Part shown: in pieces, positions 46,608 to 56,677 of the stretch | Numbering within the stretch: the first letter of the stretch is position 1 | Layout: every line of letters begins with the position of its first letter | NCBI GenBank assembly: GCA_965219445.1 | Contig: CBDCNQ010000005.1 | Span: 1,472,001 to 1,536,000 of the forward strand | Direction of reading: 5' to 3' | Length of the DNA stretch: 64,000 nt | Source of the DNA: Longimicrobiales bacterium | GTDB lineage: Bacteria; Gemmatimonadota; Gemmatimonadetes; Longimicrobiales; Gaopeijiaceae | Notes under the pieces: model-generated | What the model saw: only the letters and a program-made list of their open reading frames with translations | Databases searched by the model: none | Told to the model about the DNA's origin: nothing | Position numbers and translations under genes: made by a program

Positions 46608-47723
46608 TCAGTCGAGCAATCGCAGTGGCATCACCAGGCAAAGATAGTCTTCCGCCTCTTCGCCCTCCGCCGGAACCGGCTCGATGGTCGCGGCCCGCTC
46701 TGGAGCCTTGAGCGTGATTTTTACCTCGTCGGTGGACATGTACTTCAGCACCTCGAGTAAATACGCCGCATTGAATCCGATTTCGATTCCCTCTCCTTCA
46801 TACGTCAACTCCAGCTCGTCCTCTCCCTCGCCGAGATCCGGTGTGAGGACGTTCAGATGGACTCGATCGGACTCGAAAGCCATGCGGATCCGGTGCGTTT
46901 GGTCGCTCGCAACCACCGCCATACGGCGGACCGCGGATGTCAGCGCACCCTTTGCGACGATCGCAAACTTATCGTTGTCCTTCGGAATTACTTGTTCGTA
47001 GTTGGGGTATGTCCCTTCAATGAGCCTGGTATAGACTTCGGTGCCATCCGCCCGAAATCCGAGATGGTTACCGCTCTTGGCGACCTCGAGGGTCTCCTTA
47101 CTCTCGAAGAGACGCTGAACTTGCTGAAGTGCGATCGGGGGTACTATGAAGTCTTCGCTAGGGGCGCTAGACGAACCCGCAGCGACGCCCTTCCTAGCAA
47201 GGCGGTGCCCGTTCGTCGCAACCATACGCATGTGCCCGTCTCTCAACTCCCAAAGCACACCATTGAGGATCGGCCGGCTCTCCTCGGAGGAAACCGCAAA
47301 CGCGGTGTTCTTGATCAAACCGTGGAGGTCTCCACCTTGAACGCTCCATCCCTGCTCGAAGTCCACCTCCGGCAGTGTGGGAAAGGCATCACTTGGAAGA
47401 CCATTGAGCTTGAAGTGGCTCTTTCCGCACCTCAATTCGATTTGATCGCCTCGGGTACTCAACTCCACGGGTTGCTCCGCTAATTCCTTCACGATTTCCT
47501 GGAGCTTCTTTCCAGGCGCAGTGATGCTCCCTTGCTCCTTCACTTCCGCGGGAACCCATACGCGAACTGCTACATCCAGGTCAGTGCCACTCAACGAAAT
47601 CCCGTCTTCTCCGGCTTCGAAAAGGATATTCGAGAGAACGGGAAGAGTTGTCTTCGTCGGAATGCTCGCAGAAACGGCGGCAAGCCCCGTATGCAGGTTC
47701 TGCCGAGTGATCAAGCAATTCAT
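46608..47723 (-). CDS. dnaN: DNA polymerase III beta clamp
   Basis: TLPVLSNIL, SRPILNG, ATNGHRL, GTYPNY, IGFNAAYL, VMPLRL. Confidence 0.97.
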   Translation of the reverse strand: MNCLITRQNLHTGLAAVSASIPTKTTLPVLSNILFEAGEDGISLSGTDLDVAVRVWVPAEVKEQGSITAPGKKLQEIVKELAEQPVELSTRGDQIELRCGKSHFKLNGLPSDAFPTLPEVDFEQGWSVQGGDLHGLIKNTAFAVSSEESRPILNGVLWELRDGHMRMVATNGHRLARKGVAAGSSSAPSEDFIVPPIALQQVQRLFESKETLEVAKSGNHLGFRADGTEVYTRLIEGTYPNYEQVIPKDNDKFAIVAKGALTSAVRRMAVVASDQTHRIRMAFESDRVHLNVLTPDLGEGEDELELTYEGEGIEIGFNAAYLLEVLKYMSTDEVKITLKAPERAATIEPVPAEGEEAEDYLCLVMPLRLLD

Positions 47724-47759
47724 CGAGCCTCCACGGCGTCCTGGTTATGAACAGTGCCT

Positions 47760-47945
47760 AAATAGAAAATACTGAGTTATAGAAAAAAACTAGTAGTAGT
47801 AGAGAGTGTAAAAATGTTTAGAAACCGGCGTTCGTTAATGGTGGCAAGGAATCCGAATCTTTCCTCTTTTTGTGGAAACGAGAGAATATCAGTATTTCCA
47901 TCCGAGCATGTGGAAAAGGAGTAAGAAATCCTCGGATTTTCCACA
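47760..47945. other. Replication origin (oriC): DnaA boxes, DnaA-trios and AT-rich tract between dnaA and dnaN
   Basis: TGTGGAAAC 47871, TGTGGAAAA 47909, TTTTCCACA 47937; (TAG)4 at 47791-47802 next to an A-tract. Confidence 0.85.
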
Positions 47946-47984
47946 CACCGTACATGCTTCAAGCGAGTCACGTCCCTCGTCCAG

Positions 47985-49364
47985 TCAAGATCCTCTCCCG
48001 ATTTCTGCACGTACGCCCTCAACCGTTTGGCGGAACTCGGCGTCGACGCTCATCGCGTCCTCGACTTTGCGAATCGAGTGGATTACCGTCGAGTGATCAC
48101 GGTCCCCGAATAGCTGACCGATGTGTACGAGAGAGTAGTCCAACAGATCTCTGATCAGGTACATGGCAACCTGGCGAGGGACCGTCAAGTCTTTGGTCCT
48201 TCGCTTCGAACTGAGAGCTTCTTCGCGGACTTGCCAGCGTGTCGCGACCGCTCTGCGGATGTGTTCGGCACCCAACACGGAGCCGGTGTTCCCCGAGGCA
48301 CTCCCGAAGCTTCCATGTAGCGCCTTGCGTGCAAGATCCACGGAAATCTCTTGATTCGTAATGGATGAATAGGCCAGTAACTTGATGATCGCCCCTTCGA
48401 GTTCGCGGACCGAGGACGTACAAAACTGTGCGATGAAGTCCATCACGTCGTGAGAGACCATGAGTCCGTCGTCGGCGGCCTTCTTGCGTAAGATGGCAAC
48501 CCGGGTTTCGTAGTCGGGCGACTTAATGTCGGCGACTAGGCCCCACTCGAACCTCGAAATGAGCCTCTCCTCGAGGCCGGGAATCTCCTTGGGAGGCCGA
48601 TCGCTCGTGAGTACGATCTGCTTTCGGGCATCATAGAGGGCGTTGAACGTATGGAAGAACTCCTCCTGGGTGCGCTCCTTGCCCCTGAGGAACTGAATAT
48701 CGTCGACGAGCAGGAGGTCCATCTGGCGGTATCGCCGACGGAACTCGGCCGTGGTTCCCTGCTGAATGGCAGTGACGAGGTCGTTGGTGAACTGTTCGCT
48801 TGGGACGTAGGCGATCCGCATGGTGGGGTCGGCCAGTAGCACGGCGTTCCCGATCGCGTGCATGAGGTGCGTCTTTCCGAGACCTACACCGCCGTAGAGG
48901 AAAAGAGGGTTGTATGTGAGGGCCGGTTGGTCGGCGACGGCATGGCACGCGGCCGTGGCGAGTTGATTGTTGTTTCCCACAACAAATCGCTCGAACGCGT
49001 AACGCTCGTTCAGTGACGGGGGAGGTCCGTCCCGGTCGGCCCCAGGTGCCGGCGGGCCGGCTCCAAGTGCGTGCGGGGTGACCTCGATGGTGGGCATCGG
49101 GGGCGCCGCGGCCGGGTCGGCGCAACGGAAGGTAAGGGTCAGAGGGCGACCCAGGATCTGCTGAATCACCTCCGAGAGGAGGGGTCCGTACCTATGGCCA
49201 ATCCACTCGACATGGAATTGGCTCGGTACCTCGACAAGAATCTCCGAGTCGGTGACCCCCACCGCGGAGGTGCCGGCGAGCCACGTGCGGTATGTCTGTC
49301 CCTGGAGTCTGTCTCGGGTTGCCTCGAGAACCCGGGACCAGAGCTCGTCGGCCGTGAACTCCAT
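47985..49364 (-). CDS. dnaA: Chromosomal replication initiator DnaA
   Basis: YNPLFLYGGVGLGKTHL, DDIQF, QEEFFHTFN, VRELEGA, RDHSTVIHS. Confidence 0.98.
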   Translation of the reverse strand: MEFTADELWSRVLEATRDRLQGQTYRTWLAGTSAVGVTDSEILVEVPSQFHVEWIGHRYGPLLSEVIQQILGRPLTLTFRCADPAAAPPMPTIEVTPHALGAGPPAPGADRDGPPPSLNERYAFERFVVGNNNQLATAACHAVADQPALTYNPLFLYGGVGLGKTHLMHAIGNAVLLADPTMRIAYVPSEQFTNDLVTAIQQGTTAEFRRRYRQMDLLLVDDIQFLRGKERTQEEFFHTFNALYDARKQIVLTSDRPPKEIPGLEERLISRFEWGLVADIKSPDYETRVAILRKKAADDGLMVSHDVMDFIAQFCTSSVRELEGAIIKLLAYSSITNQEISVDLARKALHGSFGSASGNTGSVLGAEHIRRAVATRWQVREEALSSKRRTKDLTVPRQVAMYLIRDLLDYSLVHIGQLFGDRDHSTVIHSIRKVEDAMSVDAEFRQTVEGVRAEIGRGS

Positions 49365-49437
49365 GCGCTCCTAAGGTGAACGTTGACGCTTGCTGACGAA
49401 TGCGGAATGACGTCGGCTCAAGACGCTAGATTCCGAA

Positions 49438-49446
49438 TGTGGAAAA
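49438..49446. promoter_or_regulatory. DnaA box upstream of dnaA
   Basis: TGTGGAAAA. Confidence 0.55.
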
Positions 49447-49617
49447 GTCAATTTCCCCTCTCAGCACGGTGGTCCTTGCCAGTCTCGCCCACCTTGACCG
49501 GCGCTCGCACACTCGGATATTTTAATATGCTCTGCATTCTGCTGCGCGGCCTATCCACGTGGCCGTGGGACGACGACCCACTGTACTTCTTCAACTGCCT
49601 TCTAGGCGCCGAACGTT

Positions 49618-49767
49618 ATGAAGCCCACATACAGGCCACGGAATCGGAAGCGCTTAAACAAACACGGTTTCCGGGAGCGTATGAAAACTCACGGTGGGCG
49701 AAAAACGCTTGCGAGGAGGCGGGCCCGGGGGCGCGGCCGCCTCGCGGTGAAGATCGGGTCGAAGTAA
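49618..49767 (+). CDS. rpmH: 50S ribosomal protein L34
   Basis: Manual translation [49 protein letters not shown]. Confidence 0.96.
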   Translation: MKPTYRPRNRKRLNKHGFRERMKTHGGRKTLARRRARGRGRLAVKIGSK

Positions 49768-49786
49768 TCAGGCTCTAAGTAATCGG

Positions 49787-50191
49787 ATGATGGCAGCCCA
49801 TTCGGCTGCGGGGACGGGCCTGGGAGGAGGAGGATTTCGCTTACCTCGCTCGGGGCGGATCCGAAAGGCCCGAGACATTCGATCCCTTCTCAGGGACGGA
49901 TCGAGGAAGAAGACGCCCAGCTTGGACGTCTTCTTTTTATCTTCACCCACGGCGCGCAGCCGTTGGGGCATCATCGTCCCCAAACATCGACATTCCATCG
50001 TGGAGCGGAATCGTGTCAAACGACGTCTACGCGAGATCGGCCGAACCCGTGTGCTACCACGACTCAGGGAGCAGGGGCTGGCCTTGGACGTGTTGGTGAG
50101 GGCACGACGTGAAGTCTATGGGGTCGGGTATCGCAGACTGAGTGATGAGCTTCAGTCGATGACGGAGGATCTGTGTTCAGACGTGGGATGA
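49787..50191 (+). CDS. rnpA: RNase P protein component
   Basis: [21 protein letters not shown]; synteny. Confidence 0.92.
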   Translation: MMAAHSAAGTGLGGGGFRLPRSGRIRKARDIRSLLRDGSRKKTPSLDVFFLSSPTARSRWGIIVPKHRHSIVERNRVKRRLREIGRTRVLPRLREQGLALDVLVRARREVYGVGYRRLSDELQSMTEDLCSDVG

Positions 50192-50472
50192 TCCGAGCCA
50201 TCCGCTTTTATCAACGAGCCCTCTCTCCGCTCACCGGGCCCTCCTGCCGCTTCACACCCACATGCTCCGAGTTCGCGGTCGGCGCCATCGACCGGTACGG
50301 GGCGCTTTCTGGGGGGTGGCTGGCGTTCAAGCGGATCCTGCGCTGTCATCCGTTCGGAGGGCAAGGCTATGACCCGGTTCCCGAAGTCACAGCTACCGAA
50401 TCGATTGCGGGGGACACGCGCATACAGAACACATACTCCCGGGACGTGCATTCACGTGAGGGCATGAGATAG
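50188..50472 (+). CDS. yidD: Membrane protein insertion efficiency factor
   Basis: [29 protein letters not shown]; start 50188 or 50173. Confidence 0.93.
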   Translation: MIRAIRFYQRALSPLTGPSCRFTPTCSEFAVGAIDRYGALSGGWLAFKRILRCHPFGGQGYDPVPEVTATESIAGDTRIQNTYSRDVHSREGMR

Positions 50473-52227
50473 ATGCCGCAAGAAGCACGGTTCCTGCTGG
50501 CCATCACGCTGATGATTCTCGTTCTCATCACGACGAACATCTTGTTTCCGCCGGTCCCCCCCCAGGAGGGAGTCGGATCGGAGGGCGATGCACCGGGACA
50601 GCTCGACAGTTCTGGGGCCGCTGGTGCACCGAGCATACCGCTGGGAGAGCCGGACACCGGGACGGGAGCGAGCGCGGATCAGCCCGATGCCCCTGCGGGC
50701 CAGCCAGGGGCGGTGCCGGGTCCGTTCGACCGGCCTAGGGACCCCGCCGCGGGGGCCCGCGGGGATACGGTCGTCGTCGAGGGCCCTCTGTACCGGCTCG
50801 AGTGGAGTACGACTGGGGCCCGGCTGATGTCGGCTCAATTGCTTCAATTTCAATCGTTCGATCAAGAGGGTGTCGTCGAGCTCATCGTCCCCGGAAGCGA
50901 TGGCGCGTTGGCAATGCAACTTCGGGTCGCCGAGGGCGCACTCGACCTCGGTGCAGAGGCGTTCGAAGTCGAGCCGGCCGATGGTCTGCGACTCATCGAG
51001 GGTGATGGGCCTCGGACCCTGACTTTCCGGTATCGGCACCCCTCGGGCGCTCTCACGCTCGAAACCGCCTACACCTTCGAGCCCTCGTCGTACGTCGTTG
51101 ACGTGCGAACTGAGGTCGTGGGTGCGGATGGTGCGTTGATTCTCACGTCGATGGGCTCGGGGCTCCAGTATAGCGAGCGTAACCGCGCCGAAGAGTCACG
51201 GATAATGGGGTACGTTACGAACCACCTGAGTGAGGGGATCGACGATGAGATCCTCAGTCGGGTCGACTCCGACCGCACACTTGAGGGACCCCTCCTGTGG
51301 GCTGCACTCAAGAGCAAGTACTTCATCTTCGCGTTCGTCCCGGGCCGCGAAGGCAATGAGGAGTATCTGGGAGGGTTGATCGCGAGCCCCGCTCCGGGCG
51401 AAGACCAGGCGGCGATCGCCGTCACTCAGGCTGTGGGCAACAGCGGCGTGTTGGAGCACCGAATCTTTCTCGGGCCACAGGAGCGCGACCTCCTGATCGC
51501 GTTCGAGAACGATCTGGAAGAGGCGAACCCGTACGGCTACCGCTGGATGCGGCCGGTCGTCCGACCCGTGGTGGCGGTCGTGTTGTCGATCCTGACCTTT
51601 TTGCACACGAATCTGGCCGTCGGGTACGGCTGGGTGCTCATCATCTTCGGCGTCATGATGCGCGTTCTGACCTTCCCGCTGAACCAGAAGGCGATGCGCG
51701 CGCAGATGCGGAACATGGCGGTGCAGCCGTTGCTTCAGGAGATCCAGAAGAAGTACAAGGACCAGCCGGAGAAGCTCCAGAAGGAGATGATGAAGCTGTA
51801 CAAGGACCACGGCTTCAATCCGTTGGCCGGGTGTCTGCCGATGCTTCTTCCGTGGCCCGTGTTGATCACGTTGTTCTTCGTGTTCAGAAACACGATTCAG
51901 TTACGTGGGGAGAGCTTTCTTTGGCTGCCGAACCTTGCGGACGCCGACCCGCTCTACGTCCTCCCGATCCTGCTGGGCGTGTCAATGTTCTTCATGCAGT
52001 GGATCTCGGTCCGATCCATGCCTGAGCCCAATCCGCAGATGAAGATGATGCTGTGGATCATGCCTATCATGATGACCTTCATCTTCTTCAACTTTGCGTC
52101 CGGCCTGAACCTCTACTACGCCACGTCCAATGTGGCGACGATCCCGCAGCAATACTTGATAGCCAAGGAGCGTCAACAGCTCCGGGAGACGACACCGATG
52201 CATCAGCCCGCAACGAGCGGTGACTGA
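50473..52227 (+). CDS. yidC: Membrane protein insertase YidC
   Basis: EMMKLYK..NPLAGCLP, DPLYVLPIL, SGLNLYY. Confidence 0.96.
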   Translation: MPQEARFLLAITLMILVLITTNILFPPVPPQEGVGSEGDAPGQLDSSGAAGAPSIPLGEPDTGTGASADQPDAPAGQPGAVPGPFDRPRDPAAGARGDTVVVEGPLYRLEWSTTGARLMSAQLLQFQSFDQEGVVELIVPGSDGALAMQLRVAEGALDLGAEAFEVEPADGLRLIEGDGPRTLTFRYRHPSGALTLETAYTFEPSSYVVDVRTEVVGADGALILTSMGSGLQYSERNRAEESRIMGYVTNHLSEGIDDEILSRVDSDRTLEGPLLWAALKSKYFIFAFVPGREGNEEYLGGLIASPAPGEDQAAIAVTQAVGNSGVLEHRIFLGPQERDLLIAFENDLEEANPYGYRWMRPVVRPVVAVVLSILTFLHTNLAVGYGWVLIIFGVMMRVLTFPLNQKAMRAQMRNMAVQPLLQEIQKKYKDQPEKLQKEMMKLYKDHGFNPLAGCLPMLLPWPVLITLFFVFRNTIQLRGESFLWLPNLADADPLYVLPILLGVSMFFMQWISVRSMPEPNPQMKMMLWIMPIMMTFIFFNFASGLNLYYATSNVATIPQQYLIAKERQQLRETTPMHQPATSGD

Positions 52228-53632
52228 CGAAGCCTCCAACCGGCCTCCCGAGCTGGCGGTGGACTCCATCGCGGCGTTGGCTACCGCCGCGGGGCCAGGC
52301 GCGATCGCTTTGGTGCGTATTTCCGGACCCGAGGCCTTCCAGATCCTCGAGGCCCTCACGTCCGACCAGGACGAGCCAGCCCCGCGGACAGCCAGTGTAC
52401 GTTCGATAACTGCGGGCGAGGGCGGGGATCTCCTGGACCGGGCGCTCGTGACCACGTTCCCGCGGCCGGACAGCTACACCGGTGAGGACATGGTCGAGAT
52501 CTCCTGCCACGGCGGTTGGCTGGTGCCCCGGTTGATCCTGGATGCGTGCATTGCGGGAGGGGCTCGCTTGGCCGAGCCGGGTGAGTTCACCCGCCGGGCG
52601 GTCCTGTACGGGAAGATGGATCTGGTGCAAGCCGAGGCCGTGCTCGATTTGATCGAAGGGCGGAGTAAGGCCCAGCACGACGCGGCTCTGTTCCAAGTCG
52701 AGCGAGGTCTGAGTCGACGGATCGCGGAGCTCCGAGAGCAACTCGTCACCCTCGAGGCGTACCTGGCCCATCACATCGATTTCCCGGAAGAGGACGAAGC
52801 GCCCATGCCGGTGGATGCCATCGTGAATGCGGCCGCGGCACTGCGGGAAGCTCTGGAGGAGCTCCTGGAGACCGCGCCGGAGGGGGAGCTCCTCAGGGAG
52901 GGGGCCCTGACGGTGCTCGCCGGTCCACCGAACAGCGGTAAGTCTAGTCTGTACAACACTTTACTGGGAGAGGAGCGAGCCATCGTCACCGAGGTACCCG
53001 GCACGACCCGGGACGCCCTCGAGGCCGTGATCTCGGTTGGGGGCTTTCCCTTCCGCTTGGTCGACACCGCCGGGCTCCACGATTCGGATGATCGTGTGGA
53101 GGAGCTCGGGATCGAGGTGGCGCGTCGGTATCTCGACCGCGCGGATCTCGTGCTTTTCTGCGTAGAATCCCATACGGAGGTGGGGTCGGCCGAGCGGGAG
53201 TTCTTGGCGGGGTTGGGGGATGTCCCGACGGTTTTGCTAAGGACCAAGGCCGATTTGGCGTCCGGAGCAGGCGCGTCCCAGGGTCTGGCATCGGGGAATG
53301 GCGCCAATGTGAGTGAGAGTGTCGAGCTGTCTGTGGTCGACGGAACCGGGCTGGGACGCCTTCATGCGCTTCTTCCCGAAATGGTCTACGGGGGGCTCGC
53401 TCGGACGGGTGTATCTGTGCCCGCGCTTACCCGAGCCCGGCAGTCGGAGGCGGTCCGGAGGGCTCGCGATCATGTGGTGGCGTTCATGACGACGTTGGAG
53501 GGGGGTACGCCGGTTGCGGTGGCGTCGGCCCAGCTTCGGCCTGCGGAGACGGCCCTGGAGGAGTTGCTCGGACTGATTTCGACCGACGAGATTCTAGATC
53601 GGGTCTTCCGCGAGTTTTGTATTGGCAAGTAG
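52220..53632 (+). CDS. mnmE: tRNA modification GTPase MnmE
   Basis: GPPNSGKSS, GTTRD, DTAG, C-terminal FCIGK. Confidence 0.97.
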   Translation: MTDEASNRPPELAVDSIAALATAAGPGAIALVRISGPEAFQILEALTSDQDEPAPRTASVRSITAGEGGDLLDRALVTTFPRPDSYTGEDMVEISCHGGWLVPRLILDACIAGGARLAEPGEFTRRAVLYGKMDLVQAEAVLDLIEGRSKAQHDAALFQVERGLSRRIAELREQLVTLEAYLAHHIDFPEEDEAPMPVDAIVNAAAALREALEELLETAPEGELLREGALTVLAGPPNSGKSSLYNTLLGEERAIVTEVPGTTRDALEAVISVGGFPFRLVDTAGLHDSDDRVEELGIEVARRYLDRADLVLFCVESHTEVGSAEREFLAGLGDVPTVLLRTKADLASGAGASQGLASGNGANVSESVELSVVDGTGLGRLHALLPEMVYGGLARTGVSVPALTRARQSEAVRRARDHVVAFMTTLEGGTPVAVASAQLRPAETALEELLGLISTDEILDRVFREFCIGK

Positions 53633-53694
53633 AGTTTTGTGGCAAGGAAGGGACGTCGGCGAGGACGTTGGCACGGGACGGGGATGTACCGTAC

Positions 53695-53982
53695 ATGAGC
53701 GATTCCGAGTCTGAGTGGCAGCAGCGGGGCTTTCGAGTCCGCGGACGGGTACAGGGGGTCGGTTTCCGATGGTGGACGCGCGGTAGAGCGTCGAAGTTCG
53801 GCCTACGGGGTACCGTCGCGAACCGACCTGACGGTACAGTGGAGGTTCACGTGGTCGGGGACATCGAGACGCTCGAAGCCTTTGCCGCCGAGCTGGAGGT
53901 CGGTCCGCCGATGGCACGAGTCGAGGGAGTCGACGGCTTTCGGTCGGACGCGAGCCTCCCGACCCATTTTGAGATCATTTAA
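53695..53982 (+). CDS. acyP: Acylphosphatase
   Basis: VRGRVQGVGFRWW..GTVANRPDGTVEV..GPPMARV. Confidence 0.93.
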   Translation: MSDSESEWQQRGFRVRGRVQGVGFRWWTRGRASKFGLRGTVANRPDGTVEVHVVGDIETLEAFAAELEVGPPMARVEGVDGFRSDASLPTHFEII

Positions 53983-54001
53983 TGCAGCGGGTTTGTGATC
54001 C

Positions 54002-55924
54002 ATGACGGATTCTCAATTCAAGAAGCTTTCCTACGATGTGATCGTCGTCGGGGGTGGCCATGCCGGCTCCGAGGCCGCAGCCGCGGCCGCACGGATCGGA
54101 GCTAGAACGCTGTTGATCACGCCCGATCTCGCCCGGGTCGGGCAGATGAGCTGTAACCCCGCGATCGGAGGAGTAGCGAAAGGCGTGGTCGCGAGGGAAG
54201 TGGACGCGCTGGGTGGAATCATGGGCCGTGCGACCGATGCGGCGCGGATTCAGTTCCGGATGTTGAACCGCTCGAAAGGGCCGGCCGTGTGGAGTCCCCG
54301 AGCCCAGTGTGACCGGGGCCTCTATCCCCTGGCTGTGCGAAAGGCGCTCGACCAGGTCCCCGGCCTTTGCCTCCATGGGGACATGGTGACGGGCCTGCTC
54401 ATGGAGCAGGGTCGGGCGGCCGGAGTGCGGACAGGTGGAGGCCTCGAGTTCCGTGCGCAGGCGGTCGTGGTGACGGCCGGTACGTTCCTGCGAGGCAGGA
54501 TCCATATTGGGGGCGATGCCAGTGTGGGGGCGGGCCGGGCCGGAGAGGCGCCTTCGGTCGAGTTGGCGGAGGAATTGGAGGCGCGTGGTCTCGAAATCGC
54601 CCGGTTCAAGACCGGTACGCCTCCCCGCATCGACGGACGGAGCGTGGATTTCACCCGCACGGAGCGGCAGGACGGTGATCCGCAGGACTTCCGTTTTTCC
54701 TCCTATACAAGGGAGAGTATCCCCGAGCAGCGGCCCTGCTGGATCACGTGGACCGGGGCGGGGCTTCGTGAGGTTGTCGAGCGTAGTCTGGACCAGAGCG
54801 CTCTCTTTGGAGGCGAGATCTCCGGGCGTGGGCCACGGTACTGTCCCTCGATCGAGGACAAGATCGTCCGGTTTCCGGACGCGCCCCGTCATCAGGTCTT
54901 CCTGGAACCGGAGGGGTTGGAGACCACCGAGCTCTATGTGAACGGCCTGTCGACGTCGCTACCTGCCGACGTTCAAGTGGAGTTTCTCCATACGGTTCCC
55001 GGCCTCGAGCGTGTGGAAGTGACGAGGGTCGGGTACGCGATCGAATACGATTATTTCCCACCTCACCAACTGAGGCATACCCTGGAGTTGAGGGAATTTC
55101 CAGGCCTCTACTTCGCGGGGCAGATCAACGGGACGACCGGGTACGAGGAGGCTGCAGGCCAGGGACTGATGGCGGGGGCGAATGCCGCGCTGAGGGTTCT
55201 TGGGCGGGCTCCGTTCGTGCTCGAGCGGGACGAGGCCTATATCGGTGTCTTGATCGACGACCTGATCACCAAGGGGACGGACGAGCCGTACCGTCTGTTC
55301 ACATCCCGAGCCGAGTTCAGGCTCTTGCTCCGACAGGACAATGCGAGCCGACGCCTCGGCCCCCGAGCCAGAGAAATCGGTCTGCTGACGGAGATGCAGA
55401 GCGAGGCGCTCGCCACAATCGAAGAACGAGAGGCTCGAGTCCGAAAGTGGTTCGTCGAAACCGTGATCGATCCGGCGAGCGTCAACCCGTTGCTGCAGGA
55501 CCGTGGCAGCAGTCCCGTGACGCAGTCTGCGCGAGCGTCCGAGCTCTTAAAGCGTCCGGAAGTACCGGCGAGTGGGCTCGCGAACGCCGGAGGGGCCGCA
55601 TTCGACCCCATTGCGGATGCGGACGCGCTGGCCGCGGTCGAGATCGAGCTCAAATACGAGGGATATGTACGGCGTGAGGCCGAGCGCGCCCTGAGCCTAC
55701 GAAGGCAGGCGGACTTCGAGTTGCCCCATGAGCTTCCCTACGAAGGGCTGCTGAGCCTCTCCTCCGAGGCGAGGGAAAAATTGGCGCGGGTCCGTCCCTC
55801 CTCTCTTGCGCAGGCAGGCCGGATACCGGGCGTGTCCCCGGCGGATTTACAGAGCCTGATCCTAGAGGTCCGGCGATGGCGCCGGGACGGATCGACGGAG
55901 GCGGTGGCGAAGAGCGGTGCCTGA
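54002..55924 (+). CDS. mnmG: tRNA uridine-5-carboxymethylaminomethyl modification enzyme MnmG (GidA)
   Basis: GGGHAG, MSCNPAIGG, RFKTGTPPR, GPRYCPSIEDK, GTTGYEEAA. Confidence 0.98.
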   Translation: MTDSQFKKLSYDVIVVGGGHAGSEAAAAAARIGARTLLITPDLARVGQMSCNPAIGGVAKGVVAREVDALGGIMGRATDAARIQFRMLNRSKGPAVWSPRAQCDRGLYPLAVRKALDQVPGLCLHGDMVTGLLMEQGRAAGVRTGGGLEFRAQAVVVTAGTFLRGRIHIGGDASVGAGRAGEAPSVELAEELEARGLEIARFKTGTPPRIDGRSVDFTRTERQDGDPQDFRFSSYTRESIPEQRPCWITWTGAGLREVVERSLDQSALFGGEISGRGPRYCPSIEDKIVRFPDAPRHQVFLEPEGLETTELYVNGLSTSLPADVQVEFLHTVPGLERVEVTRVGYAIEYDYFPPHQLRHTLELREFPGLYFAGQINGTTGYEEAAGQGLMAGANAALRVLGRAPFVLERDEAYIGVLIDDLITKGTDEPYRLFTSRAEFRLLLRQDNASRRLGPRAREIGLLTEMQSEALATIEEREARVRKWFVETVIDPASVNPLLQDRGSSPVTQSARASELLKRPEVPASGLANAGGAAFDPIADADALAAVEIELKYEGYVRREAERALSLRRQADFELPHELPYEGLLSLSSEAREKLARVRPSSLAQAGRIPGVSPADLQSLILEVRRWRRDGSTEAVAKSGA

Positions 55925-55925
55925 C

Positions 55926-55941
55926 TGTTTCACGTGAAACA
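55926..55941. promoter_or_regulatory. parS: parS site
   Basis: Perfect TGTTTCACGTGAAACA. Confidence 0.95.
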
Positions 55942-55961
55942 GACGGAGGAGTCCCGAGACA

Positions 55962-55977
55962 GGTTTCACGTGAAACA
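55962..55977. promoter_or_regulatory. parS: parS site
   Basis: GGTTTCACGTGAAACA (1 mismatch). Confidence 0.92.
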
Positions 55978-56009
55978 CCCCGCCCCTCGGTCCGGGTGCT
56001 CGCGGGAAG

Positions 56010-56489
56010 CTACCTGGGGATCAGCACCTGTCTGAGCATGGCCGGTTCAGGGGTGCGGTCGAGGTTGAAGTCGAACTCGCTCTCACCCTCCAGAATGACG
56101 GAGTCGCCCACTCGCTGCCACAGGGCCCGTGACTCAGGTCCCGCGGGCGACTCTGGCATGAGGACGACGAACGCACCGTCGACCGTGAGTTTCCCGATTT
56201 CGCTACTGGATTGCCCGCCCCCCTCCAAAATCGCCGTGTAGCGTCCAGACGGTTGGACCAAGAGTGTGAAGACCGCCCCGAGTGCTGTCAGATCCGTGGA
56301 CACGTCTGGATTCGCCAGGCTCGTCATCACCATTGAATCGGCCAGCCAGTCACCCACCATGAAGTCGGGGTTCAGGTCCGGATCGGTTGGGTCGCTTCCG
56401 CACCCGGTCGCACCAATGGCTACGGCGCCAATAACGCTGAGCACTCGCAACCCGTTTCGTATGTGAACGAGAGGACTTTTCGCGTTCAT
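56010..56489 (-). CDS. Hypothetical lipoprotein (lipocalin-like beta-rich)
   Basis: Lipobox ATGC; VGDW; FDFNLD. Confidence 0.75.
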   Translation of the reverse strand: MNAKSPLVHIRNGLRVLSVIGAVAIGATGCGSDPTDPDLNPDFMVGDWLADSMVMTSLANPDVSTDLTALGAVFTLLVQPSGRYTAILEGGGQSSSEIGKLTVDGAFVVLMPESPAGPESRALWQRVGDSVILEGESEFDFNLDRTPEPAMLRQVLIPR

Positions 56490-56677
56490 GACAGTCCATT
56501 GGGGGGAGAAGAACATGAAAGGCGACGATGCCAGACAATCGCTCCGCCGCGCCTGAGTTTCGGCAAGCCATCACGCGTCGGCAAGAGGCAGCGGAACATG
56601 TCCTTGCGTTTTGCTCCCGCTTGGACGACCGTTTATTCTAGACGCACCCCGAAGGTTCATTCCAACGGTTTGTTCGC

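Noticed and set aside
45303..46760. Long antisense ORFs (e.g. 45303-46760, 19167-20279, 33419-34438, 41795-42706)
   Set aside because: Shadow frames of real genes in GC-rich DNA, with no motifs.
49383..49778. 131-aa ORF upstream of rnpA
   Set aside because: Overlaps the real rpmH in another frame and the dnaA promoter region.
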